A stretch of 64,000 bases of DNA from an uncultured Desulfobacterales bacterium (GTDB lineage: Bacteria > Desulfobacterota > Desulfobacteria > Desulfobacterales > JAFDDL01), in assembly GCA_964407825.1 (NCBI GenBank), contig CAYOXD010000004.1, positions 2,784 through 66,783 of the forward strand, in the 5' to 3' direction. Positions 9,274 to 19,588 of the stretch are shown here, piece by piece. Numbering within the stretch: position 1 is the stretch's first letter; each line of letters starts with the position of its first letter. The translations under genes and the position numbers were made by a program. The notes under the pieces were generated by a model. It worked only from the letters and a program-made list of their open reading frames with translations. It ran no database searches and was not told the origin of the DNA.

Positions 9274-9505
9274 TATGTTCTCCGCATATAAAACCCATTG
9301 GCGCCCTGGGCCCCCCCGTGGCCCCTGAGCGGCACGCGGTGCAGAATTGACAAAAAAATAAGAGATTCCAATCTCTTAAAATCTGTCTCTGGTATCAAAG
9401 AGCCTCTGGCGAGTCAAGTACTTTTTGCCGTTTGCATTCACTCCTGAAACTGTGATACGGGGTGAATATGTCCCCACCGTCAGGGGGCGAAAGCCGGACA
9501 TCATA

Positions 9506-10555
9506 ATGGGTGTAAAAGACAAACCAGATAATCCAGAACCGCTTCAGTTGGCCTTTACAAATCCAGAGCTTGCCATAAGGCTGTTCGGGGAGCACAACAG
9601 TCACCTGCATCGGCTGGCGGAGGCCACCGGTGTCTCCATCACCACCCGGGGCACCACCGTTTTTATCAGCGGTGAAAAAATTGCCGCCCGCCTTGCCAGC
9701 GACGTGCTGACCCAGCTCTATGGGTTGCTCCAGGAGCAGTACCCCATTTATCCCAATGACATCGACTATGCCTTAGCGGTCCTGAGCGCGGATGACCGGG
9801 TCTCGTTGAAGGACATTTTTCTTGATACGGTCTTTATCACCGCCAAGAAAAGCCCCATTACCCCCAAGAGCCTTGCCCAGAAAAATTATATCGACGCCAT
9901 GCGGACCCATGATATCGTTTTCGGCATCGGCCCGGCGGGCACCGGCAAAACCTACCTGGCCATGGCCATGGCGGTTTCTGCCTTGACAAAGGGCGCCGTT
10001 AGCCGCATCATCCTTACCCGGCCGGCGGTGGAGGCAGGCGAAGCCCTTGGCTTTCTGCCTGGAGATTTGGCCGAGAAAGTCGATCCTTATCTCAGACCGC
10101 TCTATGACGCGCTCCATGACATGATGCGCTTTGAGAAGGTCAGTGGCCTAATGCAGCAGGGGGTCATCGAGGTGGCGCCGCTGGCATTCATGCGGGGCAG
10201 GACTCTGAACGATTCCTTTATCATTCTGGATGAAGCCCAAAATACCACCTCGGAGCAGATGAAGATGTTCCTCACCCGCATCGGTTTCAGATCCAAGGCG
10301 GTCATCACCGGCGACATCACCCAGATCGACCTGCCTCCCGGGAGACCGTCAGGCCTGGTCGAATCCAAGAACATTTTACAGGAAATCGAAGGCATCAAAT
10401 TCATCTTTTTTTCAAAGATGGATGTGGTTCGACACAAACTGGTGCAAGAAATCATTCGAGCCTATGAATGCCTGGACGCCGAGAAGCAGCGCGCCAAACA
10501 AGCCGACCGCGCTCCGGTCACTCCTCCAAGCGAAATCGAAAAGGTCCATTCCTGA
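9506..10555 (+). CDS. PhoH-like ATPase (YbeZ)
   Basis: Walker [12 protein letters not shown]; [19 protein letters not shown]; [10 protein letters not shown]; [12 protein letters not shown]. The start is ambiguous: the ORF track begins at TTG 9425, and I prefer ATG 9506. Confidence 0.85.
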   Translation: MGVKDKPDNPEPLQLAFTNPELAIRLFGEHNSHLHRLAEATGVSITTRGTTVFISGEKIAARLASDVLTQLYGLLQEQYPIYPNDIDYALAVLSADDRVSLKDIFLDTVFITAKKSPITPKSLAQKNYIDAMRTHDIVFGIGPAGTGKTYLAMAMAVSALTKGAVSRIILTRPAVEAGEALGFLPGDLAEKVDPYLRPLYDALHDMMRFEKVSGLMQQGVIEVAPLAFMRGRTLNDSFIILDEAQNTTSEQMKMFLTRIGFRSKAVITGDITQIDLPPGRPSGLVESKNILQEIEGIKFIFFSKMDVVRHKLVQEIIRAYECLDAEKQRAKQADRAPVTPPSEIEKVHS

Positions 10556-10669
10556 AAGCCGCAGATGATGACCGTGGCAGCCATAGCCCCGTCGAATTGT
10601 CAGTTGACCGGTGGGTTTCCATCACAAAAGCTGCTCTGATGGAAGGTGCATTAGGGGAAGCACAGAACC

Positions 10670-13063
10670 ATGTCTATTAAACTGAAAGGAAATTTCCTTC
10701 AGCGGAACGCCGATCAACTGGTGCGATGGGCACTGCTGATCCTGCTGACCGGGATCTTCACCTTTATTCTCTATCCAAACCTGGCTATCCAACATCACGT
10801 CTACAAGTTGGGAGATGTGGCTGATAGAAACGTTAAGGCCACGGAAGATTTCGTTTTCGAAGACAAAATCGCCACCGAAGCCAAGCAGGAGGAGGCAGCC
10901 GCCTCCGTTCTCACGGTCTACGATTATGACAAGCAGTTGGCCTCCAAATTGATGGACCGTGTCAATCAGGCATTTGCCATACTCAATGGCGTATTTACCA
11001 ACGCGGCGGCGGTCTCCTCCCGACACTCGAAATCCTCGTCCAGAAGACATCACCGGGCCCTCCCGTCGGCCGAAGAGAAGGCCCTGTCCATGAAGGCCAC
11101 CTTCGAGGCGGCCCTGGGCCTGAAGTTCACCGACGCGGATTACGCGCTTCTGGTGCAGCAAAAGTTTCAGAAATCCATTGCCGTTGTCATCAACCGGATA
11201 TTGAAAGAAATCCTGGACAACGGCGTCGTCCCGGACAAGGAGTTGCTTTTGAAGGAAATCGATTCGGGAATCACCCTTCGAAGCGTTCCGGGCGGAACCG
11301 AAAGCACCGTGACAAGCCTCAGATCCTTCTATGGGCTTGACCAGGCAAAAACCATGGTCCGGATCGTCGGCGACCCCTTCCTGAAGAATTATCAGTTCAA
11401 TTTGCGGAACCTGATGGTCCAGATGGTCCAAGAGCTCATCGCACCCAACATTACGCTCGACCGCGCACGTACCGAAGCCCGCAGAAAGGCCGCTGAGGCC
11501 GCTGTGAAGCCGATTTTACATCAGATCAAGGCCGGCGAAATGATCCTGAGGGAGGGGGAACGCGTGACCCCGATCCAGCTGATGAAGCTCAATGCCATGC
11601 AATTCAAGGGCCGGCCCCATGAGGTGATCGTTAACGCTGTTGGCGCTGCCCTGGTGCTCATGTGCCTGCTGGTGATCACCTATCATCTGTTTGCGGGCAA
11701 ACTAAAAAAGACCCTCAAGATAAACAACAAGGACCTGCTATTCATGGCCGTGGTGCTCACGAGCCTCTTCATTCTGGCAAAACTTTCCGTGGCCATTACA
11801 AACAACCTGAACCAGAGCGGGGCCTTCGTCGTGTCGGAGGACACGGCCTGCTTCGGGATCCCCATCGCCGCGGGCTCCATGGTGGTGTGCCTTTTCATCG
11901 GGCTCGATTATGCACTCTACTTCAGCATGCTTGCCGCGGTGTGCGTCACGATGCTGTTCCAGAACCGGTTCGAGCTGTTCCTGTACTTCTTCCTCAACAG
12001 CACCCTGGCGGCCTATTGGATCCAGGGATGCCGGGAGAGAAAGATCTTCATCCGGGCGGGCGCCAAGCTGGGGCTGTTAAATGTGCTGCTGGTCACGGCC
12101 ATTCATCTCTTCCGCGCGAATCTGTCCATACTGGGCCTGCTCTGGTCATGGGGATTTGCCCTTATGGGCGGTCTCTTTGTTGGCATCATTTCCCTGGGGC
12201 TGGCCCCCCTGGTGGAGATGGTCTTTGGATACAAAACAGACGTGACCCTCCTGGAACTGGCCAATCTGGATCAACCCATCCTCAAGCGGCTGATGCTCGA
12301 ATCCCCCGGGACCTATCACCATTCGATGGTGGTGGGTTCCCTGGTGGAGGCAGCTGCCGCCCAAATTGGTGCCAATCCCCTCAAGGCGCGGGTTTGCGGC
12401 TATTACCATGACATCGGAAAAATAAACAAGCCGCTGTATTTCATCGAAAACCAGATGGAAGTAAAAAACCGGCACGACAAGCTGGCCCCGTCCATGAGCG
12501 CCCTGATCCTGATTTCCCATATCAAGGACGGGGTGGAAATCGCCAAAACCCACCGCCTCGGCCAGGACATCATTGATGTCATCCGCCAACATCACGGCAC
12601 GAGCCTCATCACCTACTTCTATGACAAGGCCAGGCAACTCAAGGGAGAGGACGCTGTCAACATCGAAAATTTCAGGTATCCCGGTCCCAATCCTCAAACC
12701 CGTGAAGCCGGACTCGTCATGCTGGCGGACGTAGTGGAGGCGGCTTCACGCACCCTGGAAAACCCCACTCCCGCCAGAATTCAAAAGCTGGTTCAGAATC
12801 TGATCAACAGGGTATTCTCGGACGGTCAGCTGGGGAACTGCGAGCTGACCCTTCGGGATCTTCACGAGATCGCCAAATGTTTCAACAAGATCCTGAACGG
12901 AATTCATCATCACCGGATCGAGTATCCGGATGCCGCCGCCACAAGCAATGGAAAAGGGAAAAATGGCAGTACTGATAGACAACAGGCAAAATCGGATCGA
13001 CATGGCGCTGGGTCCCCTTCAGACAATAGCGACCCGCATCTTAAGCGCCTTGGACTGTCCTGA
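10670..13063 (+). CDS. 7TM receptor with intracellular HD/HDIG hydrolase domain (PgpH-like)
   Basis: Large extracellular N-domain, about 7 TM helices, then HHSMVVGSLVEAAA...YYHDIGK...HIKDG...QHHG. Confidence 0.85.
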   Translation: MSIKLKGNFLQRNADQLVRWALLILLTGIFTFILYPNLAIQHHVYKLGDVADRNVKATEDFVFEDKIATEAKQEEAAASVLTVYDYDKQLASKLMDRVNQAFAILNGVFTNAAAVSSRHSKSSSRRHHRALPSAEEKALSMKATFEAALGLKFTDADYALLVQQKFQKSIAVVINRILKEILDNGVVPDKELLLKEIDSGITLRSVPGGTESTVTSLRSFYGLDQAKTMVRIVGDPFLKNYQFNLRNLMVQMVQELIAPNITLDRARTEARRKAAEAAVKPILHQIKAGEMILREGERVTPIQLMKLNAMQFKGRPHEVIVNAVGAALVLMCLLVITYHLFAGKLKKTLKINNKDLLFMAVVLTSLFILAKLSVAITNNLNQSGAFVVSEDTACFGIPIAAGSMVVCLFIGLDYALYFSMLAAVCVTMLFQNRFELFLYFFLNSTLAAYWIQGCRERKIFIRAGAKLGLLNVLLVTAIHLFRANLSILGLLWSWGFALMGGLFVGIISLGLAPLVEMVFGYKTDVTLLELANLDQPILKRLMLESPGTYHHSMVVGSLVEAAAAQIGANPLKARVCGYYHDIGKINKPLYFIENQMEVKNRHDKLAPSMSALILISHIKDGVEIAKTHRLGQDIIDVIRQHHGTSLITYFYDKARQLKGEDAVNIENFRYPGPNPQTREAGLVMLADVVEAASRTLENPTPARIQKLVQNLINRVFSDGQLGNCELTLRDLHEIAKCFNKILNGIHHHRIEYPDAAATSNGKGKNGSTDRQQAKSDRHGAGSPSDNSDPHLKRLGLS

Positions 13064-13424
13064 GGCGGAACTGTCCATTCTGATTGTTGACGACCCCCAG
13101 ATCGCGGAACTGAACCGGCAGTATCTGCAACGGGAAGGCCCCACCAATGTGATCGCCTTCCCTATGCAGGAGGGCGAATTCCCCATGCTCAGCCCGGATC
13201 TTCTGGGAGACGTTGTGGTATCCGTGGATACAGCCGAAAGGGAGGCTTCGGGCGCCGGCATGCGCCTGGAGGACCGGTTCCTGGAGCTGCTCATCCACGG
13301 CATCCTGCATCTGTTGGGCTATGACCACGAGACCGACGAGGCAGAGGCGAAAGTGATGGAGGAAAAGGCCCTGGCGCTGTTTCGTCTTATAAGAGAAGAG
13401 AAAGGAATCCCATGCCCGGATTAG
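12963..13424 (+). CDS. ybeY: rRNA maturation endoribonuclease YbeY
   Basis: HGILHLLGYDHETDEEA zinc-binding motif. Start taken at MAVLIDNRQ. It overlaps the tail of the upstream gene by about 100 nt. Confidence 0.85.
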   Translation: MAVLIDNRQNRIDMALGPLQTIATRILSALDCPEAELSILIVDDPQIAELNRQYLQREGPTNVIAFPMQEGEFPMLSPDLLGDVVVSVDTAEREASGAGMRLEDRFLELLIHGILHLLGYDHETDEAEAKVMEEKALALFRLIREEKGIPCPD

Positions 13425-14131
13425 CCGTCAATGTCGATCATATTGCAACCCTGAGGCAGGCCAGAGGCGTCCGATACCCCGATCCCACGGCGGCAGCCAT
13501 CATCGCCGAGCTGGCGGGCGCCGAAGGAATTGTCGTACATCTGCGGGAAGATCGCCGCCACATTCAGGATCGGGATGTCCGTCTGATGCGGGAAATTGTT
13601 CAAACCAAATTAATTCTGGAGATGGCGGCCACCAGTGAAATGCTCGGTATCGCCATGACCATCAAACCGGATGTGGTCACCCTGGTGCCGGAAAAACGAG
13701 AAGAGTTGACCACCGAGGGCGGATTGGACCTGATGGTCCACAAAAACGTCGTTGCGGAAACCGTGGACACCCTTCAGGACAGCGGCATCCCGGTAAGCAT
13801 CTTTATCGATCCGGACCCCGAACAAATCAAGCTCGCCCACCAGATCAACGCCACCATGGTGGAAATCCATACAGGCATCTTTTGTGATGCGACCTCGCCC
13901 AAAAAGCGGCAGGTGGCCTTCTCCCGGATCGTCGATGCGGTCAAATTCGCCCACCGCCTGAAACTGGGTGTAAACGCCGGCCACGGTCTGTGCTACACCA
14001 GCATCAAGGCCTTCAAGGGGATCAAGGAGATCAACGAGTTCAGCATCGGTCACAGCATTGTGGCAAGGGCGGCCATGGTGGGCATGGACCGGGCCGTCCG
14101 GGAGATGTTCGCCCTTGTGAAGGCGTTGTGA
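13412..14131 (+). CDS. pdxJ: Pyridoxine 5'-phosphate synthase
   Basis: LAVNVDHIATLRQARG..YPDP...VHLREDRRHI...LEMA. Confidence 0.9.
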   Translation: MPGLAVNVDHIATLRQARGVRYPDPTAAAIIAELAGAEGIVVHLREDRRHIQDRDVRLMREIVQTKLILEMAATSEMLGIAMTIKPDVVTLVPEKREELTTEGGLDLMVHKNVVAETVDTLQDSGIPVSIFIDPDPEQIKLAHQINATMVEIHTGIFCDATSPKKRQVAFSRIVDAVKFAHRLKLGVNAGHGLCYTSIKAFKGIKEINEFSIGHSIVARAAMVGMDRAVREMFALVKAL

Positions 14132-14142
14132 GGAGAGGCGAT

Positions 14143-15726
14143 ATGTATGTGGTCACCGCATCGGAAATGAGGCGGATGGATGAGGCCACCATCACCGAAT
14201 TCGGTCTGCCCGGCAGGGTCCTGATGGAAAATGCGGGACGCGGGGCCGTCCGCCTGCTGCTGAGACGCTTCCCCGCCCTGTCGAGCCTTCGCATCGGGGT
14301 GCTGGCCGGCCGCGGCAACAACGGCGGGGACGGATTCGTGATCGCCCGGTACCTGGTCCAGAGAGGCCTGGCCGTGACACCCTATCTCTTTGCGCGCAGG
14401 GAGGAGGTCCGCGGCGATGCCGCGGCCAACCTGACCCTTTTGGAGTCCCTGGGAGTACCGGTTATAGAGGTGCCGGATACGGATCGGTTCGGGGAGGCAC
14501 TGGCCCATTTGCAATGCCAGGACCTGTGGGTGGATGCCCTCTTGGGGACCGGGCTTACCTCCCAGGTCCGCCCCTTTTACCATGAGGTCATCGACTTCAT
14601 CAATGACACGAAAAAGCCGGTTCTGGCAGTGGACATTCCCTCGGGCCTTAGCAGCGACACGGCCCGGCCCTGCGGGACCGCCATCCGCGCCCGGGCCACC
14701 GCCACCTTCGGTTTCCCGAAACTGGGACACGTGCTTTACCCGGGTGCTGCCTATACGGCGGACCTGGAGATCATCGATATCGGTATCCCGCCGCATATCG
14801 CCCGCGCCGTGGCACCACTGCACCGACTTCTGGATGGGGAGACCGTCCGGGGTCTGCTCCCGGACCGGCGTGCCGATACCCACAAGGGGCAAACAGGCCA
14901 TCTGCTCGTCATCGCCGGTTCACCGGGGAAAACCGGGGCCGCGGCCATGAGCGCCGAATCGGCCCTGCGCTCCGGCGCGGGTCTGGTAACCCTCGGCGTT
15001 GCCGAGAGCCTCAATCCCATCATGGAGGCCAAGGTCACCGAAGCGATGACATGTCCCCTGCCGGAGTCTTTCCCGGGCGTCCTTGGCGAAGGCGCAGAAG
15101 CCCCTGTCCTCACCCTGTTGAAGGGCAAACAATGCCTTGCCATCGGTCCAGGCATCGGTACGGCGGAGGGGACGGCCCGTCTGGTGCGGCAGCTGCTCCC
15201 CAGGGTCACGGTCCCCATGGTGATCGATGCTGACGGTCTCAACTGTCTGGCTGAATCAACCGGGATTCTGGACCGATGCACCGCACCGGTGGTCATCACC
15301 CCCCATCCCGGAGAAATGGCGCGTCTCACCGGCACCACATCGGCTGAGATTCAATCCGACCGTCCGGGTTATGCCCGGAAGTTTGCCGTGTCCCACGGGG
15401 TCCATGTGGTGCTCAAGGGAGCAAGAACCGTGGTGGCCTTTCCGGACGGGCAAGTATTCATCAACCCTACCGGCAATGCGGGGATGGCCGCGGGCGGCAT
15501 GGGAGATGTCCTCACCGGGATCATCGCCGGTCTCATCTGTCAGGGGGCCTCGGCCGCCGAAGCCGCCTTGGCGGGTGTCTACCTGCACGGGGCCGCCGCC
15601 GACACGCTGGCAGATACGGTCGGTTCCGTTGGATTTCTGGCAGGTGAGGTCGCAAGGGCGATCCCGGGCCAGTTGGCCGCCTGCCGCCGGGGAAACGCGC
15701 CAGACCTGCCGCCCATGGAATACTGA
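14143..15726 (+). CDS. nnr: Bifunctional NAD(P)H-hydrate epimerase / ADP-dependent dehydratase
   Basis: YjeF-N motif GRGNNGGDGFV and a C-terminal HKGQTGHLLVIAGS...GGMGDVLTG kinase-like domain. Start at MYVVTASEM with an AGGAGAGG RBS. Confidence 0.85.
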   Translation: MYVVTASEMRRMDEATITEFGLPGRVLMENAGRGAVRLLLRRFPALSSLRIGVLAGRGNNGGDGFVIARYLVQRGLAVTPYLFARREEVRGDAAANLTLLESLGVPVIEVPDTDRFGEALAHLQCQDLWVDALLGTGLTSQVRPFYHEVIDFINDTKKPVLAVDIPSGLSSDTARPCGTAIRARATATFGFPKLGHVLYPGAAYTADLEIIDIGIPPHIARAVAPLHRLLDGETVRGLLPDRRADTHKGQTGHLLVIAGSPGKTGAAAMSAESALRSGAGLVTLGVAESLNPIMEAKVTEAMTCPLPESFPGVLGEGAEAPVLTLLKGKQCLAIGPGIGTAEGTARLVRQLLPRVTVPMVIDADGLNCLAESTGILDRCTAPVVITPHPGEMARLTGTTSAEIQSDRPGYARKFAVSHGVHVVLKGARTVVAFPDGQVFINPTGNAGMAAGGMGDVLTGIIAGLICQGASAAEAALAGVYLHGAAADTLADTVGSVGFLAGEVARAIPGQLAACRRGNAPDLPPMEY

Positions 15727-15735
15727 GACCCGGTC

Positions 15736-16257
15736 ATGGAGACTCCCGACTCAGTCCTTGAGATCACCTCCCGTTCGGCCGAGGACACGTACGAAGCGGG
15801 ACGGAGGACCGGCGAAGCGCTCACTCAGGGCCTCGTCCTGGCCCTGAGGGGGGATCTTGGCAGCGGGAAGACGACCTTTGTCCAGGGTCTGGCAAGGGGG
15901 CTCGGCGTGCCCGCATCCTACTACGTCACCAGCCCCACCTACACGATCGTCAACGAGTATCCAGGCCGGATCCGTCTTTTCCATATCGATCTTTACCGCC
16001 TGGGAAGTCCGGAGGAACTGGAGGACATCGGCCTGCTTGAACTCCTTCAGCCCGACGCGGTTGTCGCCATCGAATGGCCCGAAATCACGGTAGGAGCCCT
16101 GCCGAAGGATCACCTGGCCGTTACCTTCCGTATCCGGAAGGCCGATACCCGCAGAATTTGCCTTCACGCATATGGACTTCAAGCCGGTAGTGTGATAGGC
16201 AGGCTCGATTTAAGTCGACAAGCATCTATCCGCACAGGAGCACAACGATGGCACTGA
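15736..16257 (+). CDS. tsaE: tRNA t6A biosynthesis ATPase TsaE
   Basis: LRGDLGSGKTTFVQGLARGLG...SPTYTIVNEY...HIDLYRL. Confidence 0.85.
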   Translation: METPDSVLEITSRSAEDTYEAGRRTGEALTQGLVLALRGDLGSGKTTFVQGLARGLGVPASYYVTSPTYTIVNEYPGRIRLFHIDLYRLGSPEELEDIGLLELLQPDAVVAIEWPEITVGALPKDHLAVTFRIRKADTRRICLHAYGLQAGSVIGRLDLSRQASIRTGAQRWH

Positions 16258-17468
16258 TCGTACAGAAGTTCGGCGGCACCTCGGTGGCCGACCTGGACCG
16301 GATTCAAAACGTCGCCCGCCGTGTGGTGAAAACCTATGATCAGGGCAACGATGTGGTGGTGGTCCTCTCGGCCATGGCGGGCATTACGGACCGACTGATC
16401 GATATGGCCCACCGAATTTCCGATCTTCCGGAAAAACGGGAACTCGATGTCCTTCTGGCCACCGGAGAGCAGACCACTGTGGCCCTGTTGGCCATGACGC
16501 TCACCGCCATGGGGTACCGGGCCCAGTCCCTCCTGGGACATCAGGCCGAGGTGAATACGGATTGCTCCTTTGGCAGCGCCAGGATAATGGATATCGGCGC
16601 CACCCGAATCCGCGAACTCCTCAAGGATAGAAGCATCGTGGTGGTGGCCGGATTTCAGGGAAGCGACATCGATGGGAATATCACCACCCTGGGTCGGGGC
16701 GGCTCAGACACCTCCGCCGTGGCCATCGCCGCGGCCCTGCAGGCTGACATGTGCGAAATTTATACGGACGTGGACGGAATCTACACCACGGATCCCAACA
16801 TCTGTGAGAAGGCACGCAAACTGGACCGCATCACCTATGACGAAATCCTAGAAATGGCGAGCCTGGGCGCGAAGGTCCTCCAGATCCGTTCCGTGGAGTT
16901 CGCGAAAAAATACAATGTTCCGGTCCATGTCCGCTCATCGTTTTCCGAGGAGGAGGGTACCATGCTGGTCAACGAAGAACACCATATGGAGCGCCCCGTG
17001 GTCATCGGCGTTACCTGTAGCAAGAACGAAGCGCGCATCACCATCCGGAAGGTGCCGGACCAGCCGGGGATCAGCGCCAAGATTTTCGGACTTCTGGCCA
17101 AGGCCGGCATCGTGGTGGACATGATCCTCCAGAACACCCGCTTCGACGGTCTCACGGATGTAACCTTCACCGTTCCGAAACCGGATCTTAAAGAGGCGGA
17201 AAAGCTGGCCCACCAGGCGGCGGCGGAGATCAGGGCCGAGGATGTCTGGACAGCCGACGACATCGCCAAGGTATCCATCACCGGGGTGGGAATGAAGAGC
17301 CACGCCGGCGTGGCCGCTACCATGTTTTCCGCACTTGCGGCGGAAAACATCAACATTCGAATGATCAGCACCTCTGAAATCAGGATCTCCTGCGTGATCG
17401 ACCTGCGCTACGCCGAACTGGCCGTCCGGGCCCTCCACAAGGCCTTCGGACTGGACCAGCAGGACTAG
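16248..17468 (+). CDS. lysC: Aspartate kinase
   Basis: MALIVQKFGGTSV...VVVLSAM...GRGGSDTSAV and two C-terminal ACT-like regions. Confidence 0.9.
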   Translation: MALIVQKFGGTSVADLDRIQNVARRVVKTYDQGNDVVVVLSAMAGITDRLIDMAHRISDLPEKRELDVLLATGEQTTVALLAMTLTAMGYRAQSLLGHQAEVNTDCSFGSARIMDIGATRIRELLKDRSIVVVAGFQGSDIDGNITTLGRGGSDTSAVAIAAALQADMCEIYTDVDGIYTTDPNICEKARKLDRITYDEILEMASLGAKVLQIRSVEFAKKYNVPVHVRSSFSEEEGTMLVNEEHHMERPVVIGVTCSKNEARITIRKVPDQPGISAKIFGLLAKAGIVVDMILQNTRFDGLTDVTFTVPKPDLKEAEKLAHQAAAEIRAEDVWTADDIAKVSITGVGMKSHAGVAATMFSALAAENINIRMISTSEIRISCVIDLRYAELAVRALHKAFGLDQQD

Positions 17469-17573
17469 GCGCCGCCGCGTGTCCCCCAGGCGCTTCGACA
17501 CCGACCAGCAGATCGCCATCGTCCTTCTGGCGGTGGCCATCGTGGCGGTGATCCTTCTCAGAGAGTTTTTAAT

Positions 17574-18290
17574 TTAGGCGATCTCCGCCGCTATGCGCCT
17601 GGCTGCCGCCACGGGATCCTTGGCATCCCGTATGGGACGGCCGATGACCAGGTAATCGGCGCCGTCGCGAACGGCGTCGGCAGGGGTGACGATCCGGCGC
17701 TGGTCGTCCGCCGTCCCCGCCTCCCAGGCCGGGCGAATGCCCGGGGTAACGCAGAGAAAATCGTTCCCGAACCGCTTTTTGACCTCTCCCACCTCGAGAC
17801 CCGAGCAGACGATGCCGGCAGCTCCTGCCGCCTTGGCGGCGGCCGCCCGTTTCATCACCAGTCTGGACACATCCGCCCCGAACTCCCCCGCGAATCCCGC
17901 GGTACGAATATCCTCCCCGGAAACGCTGGTCAACACCGTCACCCCCAGCACCTTGACCGCTCCGGCCGCGCCGGCCACGGCCGCCCTTAGCATGGCATCG
18001 GATTCCCCGCAGTGCACCGTGGCCAGCGCCACCCCCAGATCGGCCACCACCCGCATGGCCCGCTCGACGGTTGCGGGGATATCGTGAAGTTTGAGATCCA
18101 AAAAGATCCCTGCGCCCCCCCCCGCTTGCCGGATAATATCGACGATCCCGGGGCCTGAGCGGATAAAGAGCTCAAGGCCCACCTTGAACATCCCCACATG
18201 CCCGCCCAGAAGCCCAACGTAGCGCCGCGCCTCCGCCACCGTGGCCACATCCAATGGAAAAATAAGATACTTCCTTGCCTCCCGCATCAT
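17574..18290 (-). CDS. pyrF: Orotidine 5'-phosphate decarboxylase
   Basis: LIFPLDV...FKVGLELF...DLKLHDIPATV...VIGRPI. Confidence 0.9.
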   Translation of the reverse strand: MMREARKYLIFPLDVATVAEARRYVGLLGGHVGMFKVGLELFIRSGPGIVDIIRQAGGGAGIFLDLKLHDIPATVERAMRVVADLGVALATVHCGESDAMLRAAVAGAAGAVKVLGVTVLTSVSGEDIRTAGFAGEFGADVSRLVMKRAAAAKAAGAAGIVCSGLEVGEVKKRFGNDFLCVTPGIRPAWEAGTADDQRRIVTPADAVRDGADYLVIGRPIRDAKDPVAAARRIAAEIA

Positions 18291-18332
18291 TCTCCCCTAT
18301 CCCAATCCGGCTTCGCCGGAAGCCGTTGGCTG

Positions 18333-19403
18333 TTAGCCGTCTTCATCGTTATCCATCCCATACTGCCGCGCCATCCAAGCTGCATACGCCCCACTCTGGA
18401 CTCGCTTTACCCAGTGGCCGTGTTCGAGGTACCACCGGATTGTCCGTCGCAGCCCGGATTCGAAGCTCTCCGCAGGACGCCAGGACAGCTCCCGGTTCAG
18501 CTTGGAAAAATCGATGGCGTAGCGTCGGTCGTGTCCGGGCCTGTCCTTGACAGGGGTAATGAGCTCCCTTCGGGGGGCCGCGCCGGGTCGGGGAACCATC
18601 TCGTCAAGAAGATCGCAGATCCGCTCCACCACCTCGATATTGCGTCTTTCCCCATCCCCCCCGATATTATAGGTCTCCCCCACCCGCCCCTCGTTCATGA
18701 TCCGCCAGACGGCCCGGCAGTGATCCGTTACGAACAGCCAGTCTCGGATGTTTTGCCCGTCGCCGTAAAGGGGCAGCGGTTTCCCGGCCAGGGCGTTGAG
18801 GATCATCAGGGGAATCAGCTTTTCGGGAAATTGATAGGGACCGTAGTTGTTCGAGCAGTTGGAAATCGTTACCGGCAGCCCATAGGTCCTTTGGTAGGCC
18901 CGTACCAGGTGATCCGATGACGCCTTGGAGGCGGCATAGGGGCTGTTGGGCCGATAGGCGGAATTTTCCGTAAAGAGGCCATCTGCGCCCAGAGAACCAT
19001 ACACCTCGTCCGTGCTGATGTGATGAAAGCGGTACAGGCGCTCCCGGTGCTTCCGGGCCTGCTCCAGCAGAACGAAGGTGCCGGTGATGTTGGTCTGAAT
19101 GAAGGCGGCCGGTGCCTCGATGGAACGGTCCACATGGGATTCGGCCGCGAAATGACAGACAGAATCGATCTCGTACCGATCGAATAGCGCCGCCATGGCG
19201 GCCTGATCGCAGATATCCGCCCGGACGAAAATATACCGCTCCGGTTGCGCCGTCAGCAGATCTGAGAGATTTTCCGCGTTACCGGCATAGGTGAGGAGAT
19301 CCACATTGACGATGCGTCCGCGGAATTCCGGCGCAGAGAGCAGATAGCGAATGAAGTTCGTCCCAATGAAACCGCACCCGCCGGTCACCAAAAGGTTCTT
19401 CAT
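18333..19403 (-). CDS. rfbB: dTDP-glucose 4,6-dehydratase
   Basis: [17 protein letters not shown]...STDEVYG...[11 protein letters not shown]. Start at MKNL with a GGAGGAG RBS. Confidence 0.9.
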   Translation of the reverse strand: MKNLLVTGGCGFIGTNFIRYLLSAPEFRGRIVNVDLLTYAGNAENLSDLLTAQPERYIFVRADICDQAAMAALFDRYEIDSVCHFAAESHVDRSIEAPAAFIQTNITGTFVLLEQARKHRERLYRFHHISTDEVYGSLGADGLFTENSAYRPNSPYAASKASSDHLVRAYQRTYGLPVTISNCSNNYGPYQFPEKLIPLMILNALAGKPLPLYGDGQNIRDWLFVTDHCRAVWRIMNEGRVGETYNIGGDGERRNIEVVERICDLLDEMVPRPGAAPRRELITPVKDRPGHDRRYAIDFSKLNRELSWRPAESFESGLRRTIRWYLEHGHWVKRVQSGAYAAWMARQYGMDNDEDG

Positions 19404-19489
19404 AATCTCCTCCACGGACGAGACGCCCATTTTGTCGTATGCGCCAGGCGCAGGGTCCAGGGGGCGTCCGGCGAAGTCTGGTTAGACTA

Positions 19490-19518
19490 TTGAATCTTTT
19501 TGAAATTTACTGTATAAT
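19490..19518 (+). promoter_or_regulatory. Candidate sigma70 promoter for the CheD-HDOD gene
   Basis: TTGAAT-N17-TATAAT read directly in the A/T-rich divergent intergenic region. Confidence 0.4.
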
Positions 19519-19588
19519 TTTTTGTTGTCACGCCATAGGCTAAAATGCTATGAATGCCTCTAATCCTGAAGGTACGAGTTAACATAGA

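Noticed and set aside
12930-13063. About 100-nt overlap between the pgpH-like gene and ybeY, considered as a possible frameshift or fusion
   Set aside because: Both reading frames are intact. The PgpH-like tail after the conserved HHHRIEYP is a low-complexity extension, and YbeY has a normal N-terminus from ATG 12963. It is most likely a genuine overlap or a slightly over-extended upstream ORF.
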